Positions 8,627 to 15,637 of a DNA stretch of 33,834 bases are shown here, one piece after another. Each line of letters opens with the position of its first letter. The first letter of the stretch is position 1. Position numbers and translations under genes: made by a program. The DNA comes from a virus. Its lineage: Duplodnaviria > Caudoviricetes. The DNA lies in the IMG/VR virus record IMGVR_UViG_3300042545_001008, positions 1 through 33,834 of that record; one strand, given 5' to 3'. The notes beneath the pieces were generated by a model, which saw only the letters and a program-made list of their open reading frames with translations, ran no database searches and was not told the DNA's origin.

Positions 8627-10048
8627 TTAGAGAAGTCCGGTGCCGAGAATATCCATCTCGGGGAATTGGAGGGTGAGCGTGCCGGTGACGTAGGTGGACG
8701 TGGCGTAGTTGCGCCAGTAGGTGAATGCAGCGGCGTGCTGGCGGACAGTGGCGTTGCCGGTGATGGTGCCGTTGTTGTAGCTGCTGTCGTTGAAGGTACA
8801 GTCTCCGGTGATGGTGCCGTAAGTGTAGCTGGTGTCGTTGAAGGTGCAGTTGCCGGTGATGGTGCCTAAGCCGCCATATGTGTCAGCACTGGAATCGTTG
8901 AAGGTTGTATTACCAACTATGTAGCCCGCTGTTTTTTGGGTGCTGTCGTTGAAGGTGACCGTTCCGGTAATGGTGCCATTGCCTTGCAGTGCGGTAGAGT
9001 CGTTGAAGGTAACATCTCCGTTGATGGTTCCGCCATACATACCGCCATAGCTATTACCAGAGAACGTGACATTGCCGGTAATCGCACCGTCGATGCCGTA
9101 CAAGTAACCTCCATTAAGGAAGTCACAATCGCCGTTGATAGTGCCTTCGTTGAAGTAGACCGTCCCGCCTGAGGCTACCGTGCAGTTTCCGTTGATAACG
9201 CCAGGGTAGCCATTGACGACCAGTCCTCCCACGCAGTCACCGTTGATGGTTCCGTAGTTGTAATTGGAACTACCCCACGTAAAGTCCCCGTTGACGATGC
9301 CGTTTACCACAGGAGAATTGTTGCCGTTACGGCTGTTGCCGTCGAAAATGCAGTTGCCGGTGATGGTGCCTTCGTTGTAGCTGGAATCGGTGAAGGTGCA
9401 GTTGCCGTTGATGGTGCCGGTGGTGTAGCTGGTGTCGTTGAAGGTGACGTCGCCGGTGATGGAGCCGCTGTTGTAGCTGGAATCGTTGAAGGCGATGTTG
9501 TAGCTGTAGATGGTGCCTTGGTTGGAACTGCTGTCGTTGAAGGTGGCGGTGGCGACGGCGTAGTTGCCGTTGCCGAGGAGGCCATTATTGCTGCTGGTGT
9601 CATTAAACACGAAGTTCGCAGCCAGTAGTGTCACCTGAAGCCCGCTGTTCCCGTTCACCGTCACCAACCCAAGCACGTCCGACGAAGGGGTGCCCGTCAC
9701 ATAGCCGTTGCCGGTTGCGATGACGACATCATCGGCGGTTACGGGAATCACATGCAATTCGCAAGTGAGGTCGCTCGTCTCAGTGGAGATTGCGGCCTGA
9801 GACAATTCAAACGTCGTCCCGTCTGTAATACTCGCCACGGTGGTGCCGGTGTCTATGCCGTCGCCAGTGATGGGTCGCCCCACCACAAGACCCGCCGTGC
9901 TGTCGCAGGTCACTTCCGTGTCCGTGTCAGTGACATTCACGCCGGTCAGGGTGCCGGAAAAGCCCTCAGTGCAGGCGGCATTCGACCACCAGTTCCCAGG
10001 GACGTCCCAGTTTTGGTCAACTGAGTTTTTGAAGTAGCGTGTCGGCAT
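8627..10048 (-). CDS. Beta-solenoid repeat protein, putative tail fibre/spike (473 aa)
   Basis: Many ~17-aa repeats of consensus TFNDSSYNxGTITGNC. Rich in N, G, T, S and D. Confidence 0.7.
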   Translation of the reverse strand: MPTRYFKNSVDQNWDVPGNWWSNAACTEGFSGTLTGVNVTDTDTEVTCDSTAGLVVGRPITGDGIDTGTTVASITDGTTFELSQAAISTETSDLTCELHVIPVTADDVVIATGNGYVTGTPSSDVLGLVTVNGNSGLQVTLLAANFVFNDTSSNNGLLGNGNYAVATATFNDSSSNQGTIYSYNIAFNDSSYNSGSITGDVTFNDTSYTTGTINGNCTFTDSSYNEGTITGNCIFDGNSRNGNNSPVVNGIVNGDFTWGSSNYNYGTINGDCVGGLVVNGYPGVINGNCTVASGGTVYFNEGTINGDCDFLNGGYLYGIDGAITGNVTFSGNSYGGMYGGTINGDVTFNDSTALQGNGTITGTVTFNDSTQKTAGYIVGNTTFNDSSADTYGGLGTITGNCTFNDTSYTYGTITGDCTFNDSSYNNGTITGNATVRQHAAAFTYWRNYATSTYVTGTLTLQFPEMDILGTGLL

Positions 10049-10051
10049 AAA

Positions 10052-10885
10052 TTAATCCACGAACTCCGTGAATCCTCCAGTAAGGGAAACGAGGCACCAT
10101 GCCCCGCCCATGTATTTGAGTTTGAAAATGTAGGACTTCCAAGCCGTGAGTGTCTTGGGGAAGGTTGCCGCACTGTCGCTGGCCCGTTGGATGTCCGCAT
10201 GGAAGTCCAATGTGTGCGCTCCGTCTGCCCACCTTACGATCACCGTGATTTCAGAGACGCATTCCTCCGGGGTTCCGGTCGGCACCTGAAACGTGGTGTT
10301 CCCGCTCATGTAGCCGTATTGCGTCCCGCCGTTGGCGAGGCTCAGGGTGACATTTCCGGTGAGCTCACCAATCGAATACGCTCCGACCGGCTTCTGCCCA
10401 CGAGACCACACCGCAGCACCGGTGGAAGCATCCAAGCAGTAATATGGAGTGCCGTCCGCCATTTCCCACGTCGTGTCCGTGGTGTAGCCGAGCGTGGTGT
10501 CGTCGGTGACGGTAGGGGCAACGGGTGCGTAGAGGACTTTGCGAACCGTCGTGCTATTGTCCGAGAGGACGAACAAGTAGCCGAGGGCAAACTTGTACTC
10601 GTAGCCCACCGAGCAAATGATTGAGAAGCCTGCGGTTCCGGCGATGCCTTTGTTGGGCGTGCTCTGCTGCCACTTGGAGCCGTTGAACAGATTGACGATG
10701 GCGTTCTCGTCCATCGTGCCGCCCGCGAGGGGGAGAGCCTTCACTGCCGCCGCCAGTTCCTCTTTGGTGATACTGGATGCCTTGCTGCCCGCAGCGGCGG
10801 AAATGTCGAGAACTGGAATCAAGTCCCCGTCCGCGACGGTGAAACGGGTCAGACTTGCTGCTGCGGAGATTGCTGTGTCGGCCAT
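10052..10885 (-). CDS. Putative tail fibre protein (277 aa)
   Basis: N-terminal AISAAASL...DGDLIPVLDISA...SITKEEL anchor-like segment, ALPLAGGTM, APTVTDDTTLGY, and a C-terminal beta domain. All are patterns seen in phage fibres. Confidence 0.6.
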   Translation of the reverse strand: MADTAISAAASLTRFTVADGDLIPVLDISAAAGSKASSITKEELAAAVKALPLAGGTMDENAIVNLFNGSKWQQSTPNKGIAGTAGFSIICSVGYEYKFALGYLFVLSDNSTTVRKVLYAPVAPTVTDDTTLGYTTDTTWEMADGTPYYCLDASTGAAVWSRGQKPVGAYSIGELTGNVTLSLANGGTQYGYMSGNTTFQVPTGTPEECVSEITVIVRWADGAHTLDFHADIQRASDSAATFPKTLTAWKSYIFKLKYMGGAWCLVSLTGGFTEFVD

Positions 10886-10889
10886 AAAT

Positions 10890-11048
10890 TTATTCGGTTA
10901 GCATGAAACTGTCGCTTTCCCACAGGACGCCTTGACCGGCTTCCCACATCCAGACGCTGCTGGCACCACCGGGAGTGGAGTCACCGCCGACCGAGGCCCG
11001 CAAGTTCCAGAAGTCCGGGAAGCCTGGGAAATTCGGGAGCCGGCGCAT
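10890..11048 (-). CDS. 52-aa small protein (MRRLPNFPGFPDFW...WMWEAGQGVLWESDSFMLTE)
   Basis: My translation. ATG at 11046-11048, TAA at 10890-10892. Fills the gap with 3-nt and 4-nt spacers to its neighbours. Confidence 0.65.
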   Translation of the reverse strand: MRRLPNFPGFPDFWNLRASVGGDSTPGGASSVWMWEAGQGVLWESDSFMLTE

Positions 11049-11051
11049 GGC

Positions 11052-11330
11052 CTATCCCTCCTTCAGCGTGAAGCCCTTGCCGGTCGTCGCGCCATAGATG
11101 GACACGGCGCCGTCGGGAACAAAACTCTCGAATGTCTGCCCGGTGCCCGCGGGGAACAACAGGCTGCCATTCGCAGCCGAAGCCGTGCCGCCGAAGTTCA
11201 CCCACATGTCCGCATCGGACACGTTCTGGAAGATGAGAATCTTGCGCGACGTGGCCGCGGCGAGCGCGGTCTGTGCCGTGCCTCCGGTTGTGATAGTCCC
11301 GCTGGCGTCCCTGAGTGGTCCGTGGTTCAT
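11052..11330 (-). CDS. Small beta-rich virion structural protein (92 aa)
   Basis: SGTITTGGTAQ...RKILIFQNVS...MWVNFG...GAVSIYG pattern resembles small phage structural proteins. Confidence 0.6.
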   Translation of the reverse strand: MNHGPLRDASGTITTGGTAQTALAAATSRKILIFQNVSDADMWVNFGGTASAANGSLLFPAGTGQTFESFVPDGAVSIYGATTGKGFTLKEG

Positions 11331-11359
11331 GGTGGCCTTGGTAGGGTTCCCGCGCCGGA

Positions 11360-11878
11360 TTAGCCCGTGATGGTGATGCCGCCGGCAGCCGCGCAGATCG
11401 CGCTCGCATACCAGTAGGTGCCATCGGATTCGAGCTTGAGCCGGTCGCCGGCCACCGCCGTGCTCGCCACGAAGTTCACCTGGTCGCCGCCCGCGGTCGC
11501 TTCCGCGTCTTCCGCGGCACCGCTCGAACTGAGCACATGGCCGATGATGATGTCCGTATTCGAGGCACCCGAGGAAACGATGTAAGCCGTGGTCGGCGCC
11601 GTCTTCACGAGGAAGTCGAACGCGAGCCCCGCCGCCGGAGCCGGCAGCGTGACGGTGAAGCCGCCCGCGAGATTCAGCAGGATGAGCGCGCCGGAATCGC
11701 TCACGTCGAGCGTCGCCGCCGCGGTGAGCGTGATCTGGCGTGCCTGCTTCTGAATGACGCCGTTCGGGTCCACCAGACCGCGCGCCAGTGTGGCGACGGG
11801 AGTGGACTCCGCCCGCGGGAGCAGGAGGCGGTTGAGGAATGCTTTGGCTGCTGCTTTGGCTGCTTGGAATGCGGTCAT
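11360..11878 (-). CDS. Virion decoration/fibre-like protein (172 aa)
   Basis: FTVTLPAPAAGL...GDRLKLESDGTYWY module, common in phage fibre and decoration proteins. Confidence 0.6.
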   Translation of the reverse strand: MTAFQAAKAAAKAFLNRLLLPRAESTPVATLARGLVDPNGVIQKQARQITLTAAATLDVSDSGALILLNLAGGFTVTLPAPAAGLAFDFLVKTAPTTAYIVSSGASNTDIIIGHVLSSSGAAEDAEATAGGDQVNFVASTAVAGDRLKLESDGTYWYASAICAAAGGITITG

Positions 11879-11945
11879 TTTGTGGAGTGGTGAGAGGTGA
11901 AGTGGCTGCTAATCACGCGCGGATTACTTTTTTCAACGTCTAAAG

Positions 11946-12200
11946 TCAACGACTTTCGCGCGTGCGCAGAATCTTTTTTGAGCGCTCAGTTTCCCGAGCG
12001 TGCCAGCCCTCCAGCTCGCGCAGCTTTTTCATGGCCTGAATCCACTCCGCACGCTCCGCCGGCGTCTTCGCCTCGTCCTCGTGCATCTCCGCAGCCTGCC
12101 CCGCCAGCGCCGCCAGCTTCTCCTGGAACACGAACCAAGCCGCGTTCTTCGCCAGCGCCGCCAGCCCGTCGAGATAGTCGTCCGGCGATGGCTTGCTCAT
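11946..12200 (-). CDS. Small helical protein after the portal (84 aa)
   Basis: ATGA overlap with the portal stop. Helical-hairpin composition typical of post-portal genes. Confidence 0.6.
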   Translation of the reverse strand: MSKPSPDDYLDGLAALAKNAAWFVFQEKLAALAGQAAEMHEDEAKTPAERAEWIQAMKKLRELEGWHARETERSKKILRTRESR

Positions 12201-14569
12201 GCCGCCCCTCCTTCATTGGACGTTGGACCGCGTAAAGGCCGCGTGGCCGCGTCCCCCGCGGCTTTACGCGGTTGGGCGTTGGGCGTTGGGCGTTCCTTCC
12301 CCTTCGGCGCAATCGCATCCTCATACGCCTGAATCGCCTCGATGCCCACAGGCAGCTTCACGCTCTCCATCAGCATCGCCTTCCCCTCCGGCGGGAGATC
12401 CTTGTAGGAGATGTTGATGCGTTCGGCAGGCGGTGTGTCGTCCACCGGCGGCGGCAGTTGCACCGGCTCGCGGATGATTTTGTCCGAGCCCGGAATGTCG
12501 AGATTGCGCAGCAGCTCCACGTAGAGCGGCCGCGCGCCGGCCTTCTCGGATTCCGGCAGCGCGAGATACTGCGTGTGGACCTGGATGGCCTGTTGCGAAT
12601 GTTCGATCACTTCGCGCTGACGGAAGCGCGTCATGGTGAGCCGCACATTCAGCCGCAGGTTCTTCACATCCTCGCGCGTGAGCGTCGCCACCGCGGCATT
12701 CTCGCCCTCGCCATAGTTGAACGTCTCATCCGCATCGTGGTTCGAGTAGAGCAGCGTGAGCAGCTTCCACAGCGCATCCGCCAGCCCGTCCCGGATCGCT
12801 CGCGCCGGGCGCTTGTGCAGCGTGCTCCCGCTCGCCAGCACGGACTGGATGCCCGTCGCCGTGCTCGTAGCCGGCATGTCGCCCAGCCCGCCCTGCGCGC
12901 TCGATGTCACGCCGGTTTCGAGCTGATTCAGCTTCATGAAAAACTCGAGCAACTGCCACGAGCCCGCGTCCGCATTCGGCAGCACGAGCGCCTGCATGAA
13001 GTCCTGCATCGTCTTGCCCGTCTCGCGCGTCACGCGGGCACCGGGACGAAACACCACGTCATTGATGTCCTCCTTGATGGCATCCTCGTCCACGCCCACC
13101 ATCGGGTTGGCGATCATCTCATTGCGGTGTAGGATGCTGTTGAAAATCCGGTCCGCATTGTTCTGCACGTCCTCGTACAGCTTCCACCACCCGCGCCCCG
13201 GCCACCGTCCCGGCAGACTGTATGCGGCCACGACCGTATAGACCGACGTGCCCGCCGGCAGGATGTTGCACCCATACTCCACATAGAAAAGCTGCTCGCT
13301 GTCCATCAGCACCGTGCCAAAGAGCAGCCGCGGATTCCCCTCGCCCTCCGGATCCCACTCCATCTCGAAGTCCAAGCACTTGATCAGCGGGTTCTTCTCA
13401 TCCCCGCCCGAGCCCGCCGGCGACGGTCCCTCCGTGCGCGCCTCATCCTTGCTCGTCGTCGTGTCGTTGCGGATCTTGTCAAACATCGCGACCGTCTCCG
13501 CGTCCCAATTCTTCTCCTCCACCCCGCTCGCCTGGCGCACCTTCGCCTTCAGCGCGGAAAAGCGCATCTCATAGACGTGCCCGCGGAAGTCGGCATCCTC
13601 GATGTCCGCATAGCTCGGCGCGCAGCGGAAGTTCTTCCAGTCAATCGTCTGCGGGTCCAGCCCGTTGTAGCGCACTTCCTCCTCCTCAATCAGCATCTCC
13701 TCGAAGTGCATCCCCTCCCCCATGATGATCGTCGGATCCTTCACCAGCACGAGCGCCCCCTCGCCAGTTTCCTCCGTTTCCATCCCGTTTCCAAGTTCGC
13801 CCATCGTTTCCGCCGCTTCTCCATCCGTTTCCAAGTCGTTTCCACTCTCGCCCTGTTCCACCACCGGCGCTTCCGGCACCGCCTCCCCTTGGACGTTGGA
13901 CGTTGGACGTTGGACGTTGGACGTTTCCTGCTCCTGCCACTCATCCTCCTCGTACGCATAATCCCCCGTGCTAGTCAGCACCGGCTCCCCATCCGGCCCG
14001 ATGAGCACACTGCGCAGCCGGTGATACTTCTGCACATCGCGCTTCCACGCCGTCCGCAAAATCGCCTCCCCAAAGTTCATCACCCGCTCCACCACATCCT
14101 CCCCGTGGTCCTGAAATTTCGCCTCGCGCAGCTTCCACGCGGAATGCTCGTAGATTTTCCCCGCGAGAATCGTGTCATTCGTCCCCTCCGGGATCGCCGC
14201 AAACCACGGCAGCGACCCAAACAGGTCATCCTGAATCCGCGCCACGATGAACCCGATGCCGCTGCGGATCAGCCCCATCGTCTCATTGCGAAGCTGGAAA
14301 ATGTCCCCGTCCGGCCCGCCCAGGCGCGCGCTGAAGTCGTTGTCCATGTACTCCTCGGCCAGCATCCGCTCCGTGCGGAAGTCCGCCATCTCCCCGAGCA
14401 CATCCTTCTCCCGTTGCAGCACCAGTTCCACGAGCTTCTTGCAACAGTCCTCCCCGGTCTTCTTCTCCACCTGTTTCAGCCAAAGTTGAGCGGCGGTCTT
14501 TTTCATAGGCGTTTCGTTTCGTGTCTGTCTTTGAGCCGAATCTTGCAGCGTGTCCATTTCGGTGTTCAT
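12197..14569 (-). CDS. Portal protein (790 aa)
   Basis: Size plus motifs DLFGSLPWFAAIP, FGEAILRTAW, PGRGWW..YEDVQ, ETGVTSSAQG and TSTATGIQSVLASG, characteristic of P22/N4-like portals. Confidence 0.85.
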   Translation of the reverse strand: MNTEMDTLQDSAQRQTRNETPMKKTAAQLWLKQVEKKTGEDCCKKLVELVLQREKDVLGEMADFRTERMLAEEYMDNDFSARLGGPDGDIFQLRNETMGLIRSGIGFIVARIQDDLFGSLPWFAAIPEGTNDTILAGKIYEHSAWKLREAKFQDHGEDVVERVMNFGEAILRTAWKRDVQKYHRLRSVLIGPDGEPVLTSTGDYAYEEDEWQEQETSNVQRPTSNVQGEAVPEAPVVEQGESGNDLETDGEAAETMGELGNGMETEETGEGALVLVKDPTIIMGEGMHFEEMLIEEEEVRYNGLDPQTIDWKNFRCAPSYADIEDADFRGHVYEMRFSALKAKVRQASGVEEKNWDAETVAMFDKIRNDTTTSKDEARTEGPSPAGSGGDEKNPLIKCLDFEMEWDPEGEGNPRLLFGTVLMDSEQLFYVEYGCNILPAGTSVYTVVAAYSLPGRWPGRGWWKLYEDVQNNADRIFNSILHRNEMIANPMVGVDEDAIKEDINDVVFRPGARVTRETGKTMQDFMQALVLPNADAGSWQLLEFFMKLNQLETGVTSSAQGGLGDMPATSTATGIQSVLASGSTLHKRPARAIRDGLADALWKLLTLLYSNHDADETFNYGEGENAAVATLTREDVKNLRLNVRLTMTRFRQREVIEHSQQAIQVHTQYLALPESEKAGARPLYVELLRNLDIPGSDKIIREPVQLPPPVDDTPPAERINISYKDLPPEGKAMLMESVKLPVGIEAIQAYEDAIAPKGKERPTPNAQPRKAAGDAATRPLRGPTSNEGGAA
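12216..12294 (-). repeat. AACGYCC heptamer array (5 units, unit 4 interrupted by a 42-bp palindromic insert) in the portal 3' end
   Basis: Minus strand reads AACGCCC x3, AAC-[42 bp]-GTCC, AACGTCC, AA. Arms accgcgtaaag (12227-12237) and ctttacgcggt (12262-12272) are exact reverse complements. Confidence 0.85.
13889..13925 (-). repeat. AACGTCC x5 heptamer array inside the portal gene
   Basis: ttggacg x5 + tt on the plus strand. Encodes TSNVQRPTSNVQ. Confidence 0.95.
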
Positions 14570-14584
14570 CGGTGGTTCCCTTTT

Positions 14585-15346
14585 TTACGGAGTGAATGGC
14601 AGCACTTCGACGTTGAAGCCGCAGTCCCTGCGTTCGGCGTCGGCATGATGCGACTTGATATGCCGGATCCACTGCTTTGCGGCGGCCTTCCAGCGGTAGC
14701 CGCGCGCCTTGGCCTTGTCGCGGTCGTCAAAGTTCACGATGGCGAGCAGCGTCACCATCGGTTGCCGCGCGCTTTCGAGCACCGCGTCGAGCCCGGCGGG
14801 TGTGGAAATGTAAGCGTCGAGCACCTTGAGCATCGTGAGCACATCGAAGACGGCCCGGTGCGCAAACGGGTTCAGGAATCCGTGCTCCGCGGCCAAGTGG
14901 ACGAGCTTGCGCGTGGAAATGGAGGCAGGATAGGGCACATCCATGCAGGTATCCACCCACAGCAATTCCTGCGCGGCAGCCGCGGCCGTGATCGTCGCGG
15001 TCTCCGGCACCGCCGAGAAGCGAACCATTTGCGCCTCGAACATCGGGCGGTCGAAACCGTTGCCGTTGTGCGCCACCACGATGCCAGCCGTCGCCGCCAT
15101 CGCGCACAGCCGGCGAAAGGCGGCGGCGGGTGCCACCCCGTAGGCATCGAGCATCGCCTGCGTGATCCCCGTCAGGCGCGTGATTTCGTCGGTAATGGGC
15201 GGCCCGTCCGCGTGCTTCACGAGCGTGTTAAAGATCTGCACGGGCATCCGGGCATCCGTGTCCCAGAGCACCGCGCCGATCTCAGTGATCCGGTCATCCG
15301 CGAAGGACAAGCCGGTGGTTTCAAAGTCGAGGCCGAGGATGAGCAT
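14585..15346 (-). CDS. DEDDh (DnaQ-like) 3'-5' exonuclease (253 aa; start MLILG at 15346)
   Basis: Exo I LGLDFETTG, Exo II VAHNGNGFD, Exo III AHRAVFDV. Small C-terminal domain DRDKAKARGYRW...KQW. Confidence 0.9.
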   Translation of the reverse strand: MLILGLDFETTGLSFADDRITEIGAVLWDTDARMPVQIFNTLVKHADGPPITDEITRLTGITQAMLDAYGVAPAAAFRRLCAMAATAGIVVAHNGNGFDRPMFEAQMVRFSAVPETATITAAAAAQELLWVDTCMDVPYPASISTRKLVHLAAEHGFLNPFAHRAVFDVLTMLKVLDAYISTPAGLDAVLESARQPMVTLLAIVNFDDRDKAKARGYRWKAAAKQWIRHIKSHHADAERRDCGFNVEVLPFTP

Positions 15347-15347
15347 G

Positions 15348-15608
15348 TTATTCCTCCTTCTCCTTCTTCGCGAAGGCACTCAGCAGCACCGTGTCCGCGC
15401 CCTTGTCCATGTGCGCGCGGGCAAGGATGAGCAGCGAAGGGCAGAGCGCATCCGCGTTCAGCTTGATCCACATATTCCTGCCGCCGTCCTCATACTCCGT
15501 CTGCATCAGCGTCCCGAGACGCCGGTATCGCTTCTTGATCTTGTCGCCCGATTCGTAAGAGCCGACAGGGATGGAGATGTCCCCGAGTTCCGTGGTGATG
15601 TTTGCCAT
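15348..15608 (-). CDS. Small protein, possible PC4-like ssDNA-binding protein (86 aa)
   Basis: VGSYESGDKIKKRYRRLGTL...GRNMWIKLNA resembles small phage beta-sheet ssDNA-binding proteins. The CDS is well supported; the function is tentative. Confidence 0.5.
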   Translation of the reverse strand: MANITTELGDISIPVGSYESGDKIKKRYRRLGTLMQTEYEDGGRNMWIKLNADALCPSLLILARAHMDKGADTVLLSAFAKKEKEE

Positions 15609-15637
15609 GTGTGTTGGTTGGTTGGTTGGTAAAATTC

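Noticed and set aside
6917-15379. ORF-track starts at 7459, 7965 and 15379
   Set aside because: They extend deep into upstream genes. Starts at 7333, 7719 and 15346 give normal spacing or coupling and sensible N-termini.
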